Positions 1-10,426 are shown, counted from the first letter of the stretch. The stretch is 64,000 nt of DNA from Gemmatales bacterium (GCA_041640595.1 JBEPZY010000006.1:1-64000), one strand, 5' to 3'. A program made the numbers and translations. The notes: a model not told the origin generated them from the letters alone.

Positions 1-2
1 TC

Positions 3-200
3 AAACCGGATCAGCCCATCGCCGATGCCCTGCGGCTATTTAAGCGAGCCCGACGGCCCATGGCGATAGTCCGCGATGAGGACGGCCAGGTACTCGGCCT
101 TATTACCCTGGAGGACATCGTGGAGGAAATCGTCGGAGATATTGAGGACGAGCACGATCGTCCCGTGCCCCGCCGCCTACCCTACCACCGCCGCACTTGA
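3..200 (+). CDS. 3' end of a CBS-domain (hemolysin/CorC-like) protein, truncated by window edge
   Basis: Manual translation gives [52 protein letters not shown]...*, with the [19 protein letters not shown] signature of CorC/HlyC CBS pairs. Confidence 0.85.
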   Translation, partial: KPDQPIADALRLFKRARRPMAIVRDEDGQVLGLITLEDIVEEIVGDIEDEHDRPVPRRLPYHRRT

Positions 201-263
201 CGGTGTACAAAAATAATATGCACAGATGCTATGGGATACCTTTGAGCAGATGGAGAGACAAGA

Positions 264-845
264 ATGCGTTTTTGCGAGCTCCCATGGTACGTGGCAATTA
301 ATAAAGTGTGGCAGCAACTAGCAAGCGATGGGCAGAAGCCCGGTGCAGACGAGTGGGTGCTTCCCCCTCGCGTACTGGAGCTGTATGAAAAGGTGGTTAG
401 AGAGATGGTCTATTGGTTAACAGAGCAACTTTCTGCAGCCCAACCCAGTCACAACATTAGTATCGATCGTGCTAATCAGCTAATCTTCTTGGGTACAGCT
501 GGAAGCTCTCCCTATTTCAGTTTACTTATACTTCCAATTTCCGAGGTGATAAAAGCTTGGCTTAATTATCGAAAGTCAGGGGAAGTTGGATCGTCGCGTA
601 TTATTGAAGTGGCACTCGATCGCCAACAATACATCTGTTTTTACAGGAAATACGATCCTCGTCCGTCCACGTCGCAAAAATGCAATCACTTGAGTAAGGT
701 GCACGTCGATCACCTCACTCCGATATCAAAAGGAGGAAATGATAATCCTGATAACCTCGTGCTCGCGTGCCGTTTTCACAATAGCGAAAAAGGGGACAGG
801 AGTTTAGAAGAATACCAAACCTTTCTACAACAACAAGTGACGTAA
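264..845 (+). CDS. HNH endonuclease domain protein
   Basis: C-terminal HVDHLTPISKGGNDNPDNLVLACRFHNSEKG is a McrA-type HNH motif; the N-terminal two thirds are unrecognised. Confidence 0.85.
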   Translation: MRFCELPWYVAINKVWQQLASDGQKPGADEWVLPPRVLELYEKVVREMVYWLTEQLSAAQPSHNISIDRANQLIFLGTAGSSPYFSLLILPISEVIKAWLNYRKSGEVGSSRIIEVALDRQQYICFYRKYDPRPSTSQKCNHLSKVHVDHLTPISKGGNDNPDNLVLACRFHNSEKGDRSLEEYQTFLQQQVT

Positions 846-860
846 CCTTCCTGACCTTAA

Positions 861-2660
861 ATGGGAGGGCCCGTAGAGGTGAGCGACGTAAACGTAAGTC
901 ACGTGTGCCCGGAACTGAACCGTGTTTACTGCGCTGACTGCGTGGCCTTCATGTCCCGTCTTCCCAAAGAGTTTATTGATCTAATAATCGCCGATCCACC
1001 CTATAACATCGGGTACACATATGACATATATCAGGACAATCGTCCTGATGAAGAATATCTAAGTTGGACAGAAGCTTGGCTGAATGCTGCAGCAAGTCTC
1101 TTGAAGCCGACCGGGGCCTTGTGGGTTGCGATCGGAGACGAATACGCTGCAGAAGTCAAGTGGTTAGCCACAAGAAAGTTAGGGCTTCATCTGCGCAGTT
1201 GGGTGGTCTGGTATTACACATTTGGTGTGTTATGTGGCAATAAATTTAGCCGGTCGCACACGCATTTGCTGTATTTCGTCAAAGACCCGAAAATGTGCAA
1301 GTTTTATGCGGATCGCATCCGCGTTCCATCTGCCCGGCGTCTGGTTTACAAGGATCGCCGGACCAATCCCGTGGGCCGCACGGCTGAAAATACGTGGATT
1401 TTCCGGCCTCACGTCGAAAATGAATCATCTTTAGATTTAGACGGCAGACTAGGTTTCCAGGAGAACGTATGGTTTTTGCGGCCACAGGATGTTCCGCAGG
1501 GTTTCAGACCCCTGCACGATACTTGGTATTTCCCAAGGGTGGCGGGGACTTTCAAGGAGCGTGCCCACCTTGTGCCCTGCCAGTTGCCAGAAAGACTCCT
1601 GGGGCGCATAATTGTTGCTTGTTCAGATCCGGAGGACTTAGTGTTCGACCCCTTTGTCGGGTCCGGCAGCACGCTAGTTGTTGCAAAGAAGTTGGGACGG
1701 CGCTGGTTCGGTTGCGAAATATCTCCTAATTACGCGAATTTTGCTGAGCAACGAATTAGACTTTGTAAACCCGGTGATCCCCTCGAAGGTCCAGAAGACC
1801 CGTTGACAAGTAGTCCCCCGACTCCAATGTACTTCCCAGGGGTATGTCTTAGCCAAGAGGAACGGGAAGAGTTAGAAGAGAAAATTGTGGCCTGCTTCAG
1901 AGAGGCGCACCAGGGCTATTCATTAGACAGGCTCCTCGCAGATCCAGTGTTGCAAGCGCAATTTATTGATGCGTGTAGCAGGCATAGACTGCCCGGCGGC
2001 CCTAGAGATTGGAATCTCACTTTGCTTAAGCTTCGCAAAAATAAGAGGTTGACTGTCCGCACTACTAGTAAAGGCCGGATAAGTTGGGATGACCTTGACG
2101 ACAGCATTTTATATGCTGCCGAAATAGCGTTGCGGAAGTTATTAGACCAGGGCTATCCGAGTCTGGATTACGTGCTAGCGGACCCAATAGCTGCCCTCCG
2201 GTTTGATGAGTACGCGCGCCGCATAGCCACAGGGTATGAAAGCTTCTACTACAGGTGGGCTGCTCTAATGTTGCGGAAAAAAGCGAAAACGCTGCGAAGG
2301 CGATGTTCGATGGGAAATATTAATCATTGCGAATTCCGCATACTACCTTTGGAAGCGGACATGAAAAAGAATTTGCCCAGTGCACCTGGGATCTTCTACC
2401 TGTGGCAACGTTTGGGGAAGAACGATAGTCCGTTCTCTGTTTATGTGGGACAAGCACGCAACTTGGCGACAACGATAGCAAAACTCATGGAGACAAAAGA
2501 GCGGATTGCCGCCTTGTGCCGACGACCAGGCGATCTAGACATAAGATACTGTTCAGGTTTGAAAAGCGTCGAAATTGGCGCGCTCCAATACTACTATGCT
2601 AGTAAGGATAAACCTGAGCTCAATTATCTGGGGGTAAAGGATACTGAGGAATCAGGGTAA
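861..2660 (+). CDS. Beta-class N6-adenine/N4-cytosine DNA methyltransferase with long C-terminal extension ending in a GIY-YIG-like domain
   Basis: DPPY (motif IV) precedes DPFVGSGST (motif I). The C-terminus has LPSAPGIFYL...VYVGQARNL and a terminal PELN. Confidence 0.85.
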   Translation: MGGPVEVSDVNVSHVCPELNRVYCADCVAFMSRLPKEFIDLIIADPPYNIGYTYDIYQDNRPDEEYLSWTEAWLNAAASLLKPTGALWVAIGDEYAAEVKWLATRKLGLHLRSWVVWYYTFGVLCGNKFSRSHTHLLYFVKDPKMCKFYADRIRVPSARRLVYKDRRTNPVGRTAENTWIFRPHVENESSLDLDGRLGFQENVWFLRPQDVPQGFRPLHDTWYFPRVAGTFKERAHLVPCQLPERLLGRIIVACSDPEDLVFDPFVGSGSTLVVAKKLGRRWFGCEISPNYANFAEQRIRLCKPGDPLEGPEDPLTSSPPTPMYFPGVCLSQEEREELEEKIVACFREAHQGYSLDRLLADPVLQAQFIDACSRHRLPGGPRDWNLTLLKLRKNKRLTVRTTSKGRISWDDLDDSILYAAEIALRKLLDQGYPSLDYVLADPIAALRFDEYARRIATGYESFYYRWAALMLRKKAKTLRRRCSMGNINHCEFRILPLEADMKKNLPSAPGIFYLWQRLGKNDSPFSVYVGQARNLATTIAKLMETKERIAALCRRPGDLDIRYCSGLKSVEIGALQYYYASKDKPELNYLGVKDTEESG

Positions 2661-2691
2661 GATTGGGATCGTAAATAAAATTGCTGGCTAG

Positions 2692-4701
2692 CTAGCGATT
2701 CAAAGGCACAGTCGATCGGCGGAGTTGGAACGGGTCGGAGTGGACGATAGCCAATATCAGAGCGGAGAACCGATCGCCACCCTGCTTGGTTTGGGCAACG
2801 ATTTCGCGGAGGAAGACGTTATCGGTGGGCTCGAGGCCTCGTCCCAGGGCGTAAGTGAGCAGCTTCTCCGCCAGACAGCGGCGAAACTGATCAGACTGTT
2901 TCAGAAGGGCCTGGCGCAACTCAGCCGGGTTACGGAAGGTGGTGCCGTCGGGTAATGTGCCGGAAGGATCGATCTCGAACGAGCCATCCTTAGTTCGCCA
3001 GGCACCGATGGCGTCGAAATTTTCCAAACCAAAACCGAGTGCGTCCATTTTGACGTGACACACAGCACAGCCGGGGTTTTCGCGATGTTTTTCCATGCGC
3101 TGCCGCAATGAACCGGTCAGCACGGCGTTTTTATCGTTATCGAGTTCTGGCACATCGGGCGGCGGTGGCGGCGGTGGTGTGCCGAGAATGTTCTCCAAAA
3201 TGAATTTGCCTCGCTTGACTGGTGAGGTGCGTGTTGGGTTGGAAGTGACCGTCAAAATACTGGCATGGGTCAAAATGCCCCCACGACGGCGGTCTGGCAA
3301 CTTGACCAGCCGCATTTCCAACCCCTGTACGCCTTCGATGCCGTAATGTCGGGCTAAACGCTCGTTCAAAAACGTGTAATCCGAGTCGAGAAATTCCAGG
3401 ATGCTTCGATCCTCACGCAGGATATATTCGAAGTACATCTCGGTTTCGCGTTGCATGGATTCCCGCATGAAGGCGTCATAACGGGGGAAAAGTTTGGGAT
3501 CAATCATGATGCTGCTGAGATTGCGCAGCTGCAACCACTGCCCGGCGAAGTTTTCCACGAGAGCACGCGATTTTGGCGACTGCAGCATGCGCTTGACCTG
3601 GGCATCCAGGTTCTGGCGGAGCTGTCCCTTGTCTGCTAGCTGGAACAATTCTTCATCGGGCATGGAACTCCACAGGAAGTACGCCAGCCGTGTCGCTAGT
3701 TCGTATTCGCTGATTGGATAAACGCCCGGCACGTAGCGTTCGGCGGGAAGCGGTAATGGACGTTTTTCATCGGGAGCCGGGTCGCGTTCGATGCGGAAAA
3801 GAAAATGCGGCGAGACCAGCACAGCTTTGAAGGCAACCTGCAAGGCTTCTTCGGGCCCGTCGCCATCCTGCCGAGCCTTATCCACCAGTTGCAACAGGCG
3901 TTCGACTTCCTGCGGCGAGACCGGGCGACGGTAAGCCCGGCGGGCGAATTCGGTGAGAATACGTCGGGCAGCTTCCCGCGGATTGCGTGCGTCGCCCCGC
4001 CAGGATAGGAAACGCTCGCGCCGCTTGACGTCGAGGAACACCTCAGAAACGATTTTTTCCGCAGCCGCCAGGTATTTCTCCAGATGCACCGGTGCTAGAG
4101 AAAGTACGTCGGCAATGTTGTCGAAACCATAACCGACATCATCGCTGGGCAATTCTTCCGTGGCCGGATAATCCACGCCCATCAAATCGCGGATGGTATT
4201 ACGGTACTCGACGCGGTTGAGCCGACGAATGGTTACTCGCCCCGGATCGCGAGGCAGGCGGGCGTAAGTGCGTTCCAGTTCCGCATCAATAGCAGCAGCG
4301 GCTCGCTGAAACACAGCCGGTTCTGGTCGCTTTCGACCGGGAGGTGGCATGTCACCACCTCGTAAAACAGTCAGCACTTTTTCCCAGGCAACGATGTTTT
4401 TCGCAAAGTCCGGCTTTTGGGCGAGTTGGTCGAGCGGTAACTGGCCACGCGGCTTGGCTCCGCCATGACAGGTCACACAATATTCCAGCAAAAGTGGCGG
4501 TACTTCGCGGCTAAAGGCGGTTTTCCCTTCTGGCTGTTGAGGTGTCGCGGAAGTTTTCTCCGCAGGATTCGCGGCCCGAGCTGCATCCGCAATCCCGTAG
4601 GGAATCCATTTCCTGACCAGCACTACCAGGACCAGTGCGAGCAAAATCAGCAGGGTTCGGGTAGCAAAACCAATTCGGCCGTTCATGGACGCGTCCAGCA
4701 A
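2692..4701 (-). CDS. Planctomycete cytochrome c / DUF1587-DUF1595-DUF1592-DUF1588-DUF1585 protein
   Basis: CVTCH and CAVCH heme motifs, RRLNRVEYRNTIRDL, ELATRLAYFLWSSMPD, TSPVKRG. Confidence 0.9.
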   Translation of the reverse strand: MLDASMNGRIGFATRTLLILLALVLVVLVRKWIPYGIADAARAANPAEKTSATPQQPEGKTAFSREVPPLLLEYCVTCHGGAKPRGQLPLDQLAQKPDFAKNIVAWEKVLTVLRGGDMPPPGRKRPEPAVFQRAAAAIDAELERTYARLPRDPGRVTIRRLNRVEYRNTIRDLMGVDYPATEELPSDDVGYGFDNIADVLSLAPVHLEKYLAAAEKIVSEVFLDVKRRERFLSWRGDARNPREAARRILTEFARRAYRRPVSPQEVERLLQLVDKARQDGDGPEEALQVAFKAVLVSPHFLFRIERDPAPDEKRPLPLPAERYVPGVYPISEYELATRLAYFLWSSMPDEELFQLADKGQLRQNLDAQVKRMLQSPKSRALVENFAGQWLQLRNLSSIMIDPKLFPRYDAFMRESMQRETEMYFEYILREDRSILEFLDSDYTFLNERLARHYGIEGVQGLEMRLVKLPDRRRGGILTHASILTVTSNPTRTSPVKRGKFILENILGTPPPPPPPDVPELDNDKNAVLTGSLRQRMEKHRENPGCAVCHVKMDALGFGLENFDAIGAWRTKDGSFEIDPSGTLPDGTTFRNPAELRQALLKQSDQFRRCLAEKLLTYALGRGLEPTDNVFLREIVAQTKQGGDRFSALILAIVHSDPFQLRRSTVPLNR

Positions 4702-4890
4702 TCCCTTCTGCGGTGGCTACGAATTACCAGGTTGTGTCGGCACCGGATTGCCGCAATCATAAAATCCTTTCGGGCAGGCAAAAGTATTGTATAACCGTCC
4801 GGCAGCTAATGCCACCTTTCCCGACCAGGCGAAAAATCCAGACGCCACGCCGCGAGCTTCTGCGAGATCAGGCTGGCAAAGGGTAACACC

Positions 4891-5961
4891 GTGCGCTTGG
4901 GCATTTTAGGATTGGGGCGAAACTGGCAATCGCTGCGAAATGCCTTACGGCGGAGCAAACTTTGGACGGTGGCCATCGTTTTTGACCAGGTGCATCATCT
5001 GGCCACGCAGGCAGCCCTGCCACTTGGTGCGAAAGTTGCCGAGAGCGTATGGCAATTCCTTTCCTGGTCGGGCGTGGACGCTTTCATCTACTGCGACAGT
5101 CAATGGTTCGGTCTATGGCCTCTGGAAGTTGCCCTGCAGATACCGCAACATGCGGAAGAAAGTGGGGCAAGTAGCCGCATGGGACTGCAAGTCGAGCACA
5201 CAACAAATGAGTCCCGAACGCCTGCAACTCATTATCGTCCCTGGCTTTGCTATGTGCCTCCCAGTGTTCTTGACGCAGCCGACCAGCGTATTCTGACCCG
5301 GCTGGCGGAGGTCGGATTCCCCATTTTCTTCGACTGGCCGGAGTGGCACACCCTGCCTCTGGCGACGCTAAAAAAACGTGTGCGACACCGGTTGGGACGG
5401 CTTCTCTGGGCCAGCGCGGAATGTTTCGCTCGCCCCAACGCATTGGGTTATCCGAGCCTGTCCCAGTCTTCCGCCAGTCAGCGATGGCACACCTGGTGGT
5501 TGAGCGGACTGAACATGCTGACGCAGCTGACCGGAAGCACCGCCGAGTTGTTGCAAACACACGTTTACCGCTTCGATCACGAAACCGGCGTGGGAATCGT
5601 CCACCTGACACTAAAGACGAGCGAGCATCAAACCCCTGCCCAAATTCGCGTGGTGGAAACACCGGACGCCGATATTCCGCGGTTCGCTGATCGTTCCAGC
5701 CGGGATGCCGCGATCCAACGGGCCCGTGCCTGGCAATTGCGGCTCATTGGGGAGAATGGCGAGCTGGTCATTCACGGGCCAGGCTATCTCGAATGGCGTA
5801 CCAGTCGCGGACGAACCCTGGAAACGTGTCCCCATCAGCGCTCGCCCTGGCGAATAAGCCTGCGACGGTTTCACCGGCACGTACAACGGGGCGATTGGCA
5901 ACAAGCACCGTTGCTCGATCTGGCGCGATACTGTCAGCAACTGGCCCAACTGAGTAGCTGA
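4891..5961 (+). CDS. Divergent Gfo/Idh/MocA-like oxidoreductase homologue
   Basis: N-terminal MRLGILGLG Rossmann start and C-terminal LRLIGENGELV; canonical EKP motif not evident. Confidence 0.5.
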   Translation: MRLGILGLGRNWQSLRNALRRSKLWTVAIVFDQVHHLATQAALPLGAKVAESVWQFLSWSGVDAFIYCDSQWFGLWPLEVALQIPQHAEESGASSRMGLQVEHTTNESRTPATHYRPWLCYVPPSVLDAADQRILTRLAEVGFPIFFDWPEWHTLPLATLKKRVRHRLGRLLWASAECFARPNALGYPSLSQSSASQRWHTWWLSGLNMLTQLTGSTAELLQTHVYRFDHETGVGIVHLTLKTSEHQTPAQIRVVETPDADIPRFADRSSRDAAIQRARAWQLRLIGENGELVIHGPGYLEWRTSRGRTLETCPHQRSPWRISLRRFHRHVQRGDWQQAPLLDLARYCQQLAQLSS

Positions 5962-6090
5962 GCGAATCTCGATGGTTTGAACGACTCGCCCAGCAGCACG
6001 ATGTTACCAGTAGCTGGTGCGAAATGGGGATCGTTTACCGAACACAGGTTCGGCGTCTGATCGCTTCGGTACTTTAACGGGACTCAGGGG

Positions 6091-6870
6091 TCAATCCACT
6101 TCGTATGTGTGAGCGATATGCTTGCGTTTCTTCGTGGGGCGAACAATGACATAACCGTTGTTCGGCCCGGGCACCGCTCCCTTGACGAGCAACAGATTGT
6201 TGGCTTCATCCAACCTCACGATGGCCAGGTTGCGAATGGTGACTCGCTCGTTACCATACCGACCGGCCATGCGTTTGCCTTTTTTCATCCGCCCACTGTT
6301 ACCACGGTCTGTAGCATGACCGCTCAAGCTACCAGGAGCCCGGTGGTGACGTTTGACACCGTGGGATGCTCCCAAACCAGAAAATCCCCAGCGCTTCATG
6401 ACCCCCGAAAAACCTCGCCCTTTCGTCCAGCCGGTTACATCTACAGCCTGAACACCTTCGAACACCTTCACCGTCAGCTGGTCGCCGACCTTCACGGCGA
6501 GGTCGTCTCGCAGCTTGGCCGCTACCAGGCCGTTCTCCGTCTGCACCGCCGTGGTGTCCAGACGAAACTCTTTGATAAAGCGTTTCGGTTCGCAATTGGC
6601 TTTCGGGGGAATCCGCACACCGGCTGCCAGTAAGGCTCGCCGACGTTTGGAATCAAGTTCTGCTACGTGTCCGCGTTCGGCACGACTGGCTTTGCGACGG
6701 GGTTTATCGTCGAAACCCAGCTGGACCGCCGCATAGCCGTCCCGCTGTGGTTCGCGCACTTGCAGGACAGTGCACGGCCCGACTTCCAGCACGGTCACCG
6801 GCACGGCTAGACCCGAGGCATCGTATATCTGCGTCATCCCGATTTTTCTGCCCAGCAAACCGACCGACAT
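6091..6870 (-). CDS. rplC: 50S ribosomal protein L3
   Basis: GLLGRKIGMTQ, DGYAAVQLGF, KGRGFSGVMKRWGF, KGAVPG. Start set at ATG 6870 behind an AAGGAG RBS. Confidence 0.97.
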   Translation of the reverse strand: MSVGLLGRKIGMTQIYDASGLAVPVTVLEVGPCTVLQVREPQRDGYAAVQLGFDDKPRRKASRAERGHVAELDSKRRRALLAAGVRIPPKANCEPKRFIKEFRLDTTAVQTENGLVAAKLRDDLAVKVGDQLTVKVFEGVQAVDVTGWTKGRGFSGVMKRWGFSGLGASHGVKRHHRAPGSLSGHATDRGNSGRMKKGKRMAGRYGNERVTIRNLAIVRLDEANNLLLVKGAVPGPNNGYVIVRPTKKRKHIAHTYEVD

Positions 6871-6932
6871 TTCCATGCTCCTTTCGGCTGTGGCTCGTGC
6901 AGCCATCATCGGTTTTCATGGAACAACTGATT

Positions 6933-7712
6933 TTACGCACGCCTGCTCCCTTCGGAAAGAGTCGCATGGCTGGGGAGCGGTCGGCGAAGCAAAGCCTGCA
7001 CCACCTCCACACATCGGCCAATCACGGCTTCCAGCATTCGTTTGCCCTTTTCGGCACTGGCCAGTTGCGGGTATCCGAACGAACCCCGTTGTGTCCGCTG
7101 CCGAAAATCCTCCACCACTACGACCCCTCGCAACTCCGGCATTTCTCCGCGGCAATCATCACGGGCCAATTCTCGCCGCACCAGTTCTGGACGCAATGCC
7201 AGCATCATGGACGTTTCAAATTCACAAGCATGTCCCATCCGTTTGCGAGCCCCCTCTGCGATAGCAGCTAACTCAGCTTCGGCAATGTCCCAGTAGCAAG
7301 CCGCTGCTAGCAATCGGTCGGGAAACTCTGGCTGCAAGCGACGCAAAGCCACCTGCATGGTGTCTATATTGCCACCATGCCCGTTCAGCACCAGCAGTCG
7401 CTGGAAACCTTCCCGCAGCACAGGCCGCAACAGATTCGCCAGCAATGCGGCGTGATCCAGTGCATCCAGTGACAGCGTTGCACCAAACGGCAGATGGTGA
7501 TGACTGGCTCCCAGCCAGAGTGTTGGCAACAGAAGCACGCGGTCCTGAAGCCGACTTTCCACTCCTTCCGCCACCGCTGTGCACAGAAGCGTATCGGTCA
7601 GCGTCGGTAAGTGAGGCCCATGTTGTTCACACGCAGCAATCGGGGCCACCACTACGACCTGATCGCGCGGCACTGCCTGTAACTCCGGCCAGGTCATCTC
7701 TCCCCAGCGCAT
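6933..7712 (-). CDS. Creatininase / creatinine amidohydrolase family protein
   Basis: EQHGPHLP..TD, NGHGGN and GHACEFETS motifs. Start ATG 7712 with AAGGAG RBS. Confidence 0.92.
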   Translation of the reverse strand: MRWGEMTWPELQAVPRDQVVVVAPIAACEQHGPHLPTLTDTLLCTAVAEGVESRLQDRVLLLPTLWLGASHHHLPFGATLSLDALDHAALLANLLRPVLREGFQRLLVLNGHGGNIDTMQVALRRLQPEFPDRLLAAACYWDIAEAELAAIAEGARKRMGHACEFETSMMLALRPELVRRELARDDCRGEMPELRGVVVVEDFRQRTQRGSFGYPQLASAEKGKRMLEAVIGRCVEVVQALLRRPLPSHATLSEGSRRA

Positions 7713-7805
7713 TGTCTTCTCCTTTTGCCAGCCAGAAATTTTCCCAACGGGACACGCCATTAGCATACAGAAAACCAGGGCACCAACGCATCCCAGCCGA
7801 CCGTA

Positions 7806-8456
7806 CTAAGCTGCCTGGGCCGCTGTTTGTTTTTCTTTGGCCGCCTTTTCCTTAGCTTGTTTCCGTCGTGCCAGCCAGGCATCCACCGCGGTATCGCCTA
7901 GCCCCTGAAGAAATGCCCCAGCCAGAGTTGCACCCAACCACAACCAGCCCAGGTCGTTACCCTGCATACCAGAACCAACCATCTGCCAGACAATGGTCTC
8001 TCCACGCACGCCAAGCCAGCCCAAAGCCGCTGCCAATACCCACACGCCCCCTCCTGCCGTCACCAGCCGCACTACCACTCGAAACAGCATCGTGCTGACA
8101 ATTCCCCCGATCATGAAACAAACCAGGCCGTTGGCCCACTCCACGCTGACCAGACGCACTGTTTGCCAGCAAAGCCAGCCCGCCGCGACGAACACAAGCA
8201 ATCGTGTCAGGGCCAGCGCTACGCAGCCTGTCCCGATGGCCGTCAACACTCCCGCCACTAACGGCGACAGATGATACTGCTCCGCATGAACTAGGCCCCA
8301 TAAACCTCCCAATAACGTGACCGCCCACGAAAACCAGAATCGGTGCCACCGCCAACCGGTCACGATCAATATCCCCGCTCCTCCCGCCAACGCATAACGT
8401 AACCAGTTGGGAGCTTCGCCAATTAATCGTAATAAATGCACCAGCGCTGCATCCAT
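7806..8456 (-). CDS. Multi-pass membrane protein (DUF4203-like)
   Basis: About 7 Gly-rich hydrophobic segments; co-oriented with its neighbours. Confidence 0.6.
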   Translation of the reverse strand: MDAALVHLLRLIGEAPNWLRYALAGGAGILIVTGWRWHRFWFSWAVTLLGGLWGLVHAEQYHLSPLVAGVLTAIGTGCVALALTRLLVFVAAGWLCWQTVRLVSVEWANGLVCFMIGGIVSTMLFRVVVRLVTAGGGVWVLAAALGWLGVRGETIVWQMVGSGMQGNDLGWLWLGATLAGAFLQGLGDTAVDAWLARRKQAKEKAAKEKQTAAQAA

Positions 8457-8518
8457 GCACTTAACCTTTCTTACACCCGGCCGCCGGTTTCATGTTTACC
8501 AGAGTAGCACTCCTGATT

Positions 8519-10426
8519 CTAAATATCAAGCTCTTCAGCCAGAGCCGTCGCGTTCATGATGAATTCATAACGCTGCGACGGATCCTTACCCAGCAAACGC
8601 ACGAACACCTGATCCGCTTCTAAATCATTATCAATCTGCACCTGTAACAGTGTGCGGTTTTTGGGATCAAGAGTCGTTTCGCCCAGCACACTGGGACGCA
8701 TTTCACCCAATCCTTTGAACCGCTGGATCTCCACCTTGACATTTTTTGGTAGCTTCTTCAGGATTTCCTCCTTGTGCTCATCGTCGCGTGCCCAATAAGT
8801 TTCCTTACCAGCGTTGATACGGTACAGAGGTGGCTGAGCGATATATACATGGCCGCGACGAATCAGCTCAGGCATGTGTCGGAAGAAGAACGCCAGCAAT
8901 AAAGTGGTGATGTGGTTACCGTCATGATCGGCGTCCATAAGCAATATGATTTTGCCATAACGCAACTTGTTGATATCGAATTTATCTCCGATACCGGTGC
9001 CGATAGCAGCAACTAAGTCTGACAATTCCTGATTTGCCAGAACCTTGCTGGTAGGAAGTCCCTCGGAATTCAGGATTTTACCGCGCAATGGCAGAACAGC
9101 CTGGGTCTTGCGATTGCGGCCCTCGATAGCCGAGCCGCCAGCTGAATCCCCTTCCACAATAAACAACTCCGATTCCTCTAAATTGGTGGAAGTACAGTCG
9201 GCCAGTTTACCGGGCAGGTTTAGCCGCCTCTGTGTTACAGATTTTCGCTTGACTTCGTTAGCCGCAGCCCGCGACGCTTCCCGTGCTCGCGCCGCCAGAA
9301 CAATACGGCCGACGATGCGATCCGCGGTTTGCTTATTCTGATTGAGCCAGTTCTCCAGCGCTGGTCGAACGAAACCTTCCACCAGTCCGGTCATCTCAGG
9401 ATTATTTAGTCGTTCCTTAGTTTGCCCTTGAAACATTGGGTCCCGGCAGAAAACGGAAAGGATGGCCACAATTCCTTCGCGAATATCCTCGGCTGTTATA
9501 GTCAGGCCCTTGATTTTAATATCATGCGTATCAATGTAGTTACGCACTGCACGAACGATTGCTTGTCTAAGACCGTACTCATGCGTGCCACCGCTGATTG
9601 TCCGTATGCCGTTGACAAAACTGCGCACCGTCTCTTCTGTGCTCTCCGTCCACGCCAGGGCTACCTCCATGGTGTCACCGTCGTTACGCACCGCATGGAA
9701 AAAGTTCTCAACTACAGGCTGCTTATTCTGCTGTCGAATCACATTCTGCAAGTAATCAGGAATCCCCCCAGGGTGCGACAAATCGAATTGCTCGCCAGTG
9801 ACCTCGTTCACAAAAATAAGTTTTAACCCACGGTGGATATAACCAATCGCATCTAAATGTTCGCGGATCACTTCCGGATCAAAACGAACGCTGCGGAATA
9901 TCTCCGGGTCCGGTTCGAAATATATAGTCGTTCCATGCCCCCGAGCTGGACCTACTCGTTTCAGCTCTGTAACCGCCTTGCCACGGCGGAAGGTTTGTGT
10001 CCATTCGTAACCGTCTCGTCGTACCGTGGCTACCAGTTTTTGCGACAGGGCGTTGACCACCGAAGAGCCAACACCATGCAATCCACCCGAATGGAAATAA
10101 CTGCCAGAATCGCCGAACTTAGCGCCACTATGGAGGGTCGTAAGAATTAATTCCAGTGCCGGCTTCTTATATTTGGGATGGATATCTACGGGAATGCCCC
10201 GACCATTGTCCTGCACTGTGACCGCTTCGCCACTTTTGTGCAAGATAACCTTGATGGTGTCGGCGTAATTGTTCAGGTATTCATCTACTGCGTTGTCCAC
10301 GATTTCCCATAACAAGTGATGCAAACCGCGGCTATCGGTGCTACCAATATACATCGCCGGGCGACGCCGCACCGGCTCCAATCCCTCTAACACTGTGATA
10401 TCTTTTGCCGTATAGGAAGCCGCCAT
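8519..10426 (-). CDS. parE: Type IIA topoisomerase subunit B (ParE/GyrB-like)
   Basis: LEGLEPVRRRPAMYIG, GGLHGVG, VEGDSAGGS, PLRGKILN, DADHDG, RFKGLGEM. Confidence 0.9.
   Translation of the reverse strand: MAASYTAKDITVLEGLEPVRRRPAMYIGSTDSRGLHHLLWEIVDNAVDEYLNNYADTIKVILHKSGEAVTVQDNGRGIPVDIHPKYKKPALELILTTLHSGAKFGDSGSYFHSGGLHGVGSSVVNALSQKLVATVRRDGYEWTQTFRRGKAVTELKRVGPARGHGTTIYFEPDPEIFRSVRFDPEVIREHLDAIGYIHRGLKLIFVNEVTGEQFDLSHPGGIPDYLQNVIRQQNKQPVVENFFHAVRNDGDTMEVALAWTESTEETVRSFVNGIRTISGGTHEYGLRQAIVRAVRNYIDTHDIKIKGLTITAEDIREGIVAILSVFCRDPMFQGQTKERLNNPEMTGLVEGFVRPALENWLNQNKQTADRIVGRIVLAARAREASRAAANEVKRKSVTQRRLNLPGKLADCTSTNLEESELFIVEGDSAGGSAIEGRNRKTQAVLPLRGKILNSEGLPTSKVLANQELSDLVAAIGTGIGDKFDINKLRYGKIILLMDADHDGNHITTLLLAFFFRHMPELIRRGHVYIAQPPLYRINAGKETYWARDDEHKEEILKKLPKNVKVEIQRFKGLGEMRPSVLGETTLDPKNRTLLQVQIDNDLEADQVFVRLLGKDPSQRYEFIMNATALAEELDI

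Noticed and set aside
6933..7712. Mycofactocin MftE or RiPP cluster interpretation of the creatininase
   Set aside because: No precursor peptide or radical SAM gene nearby.
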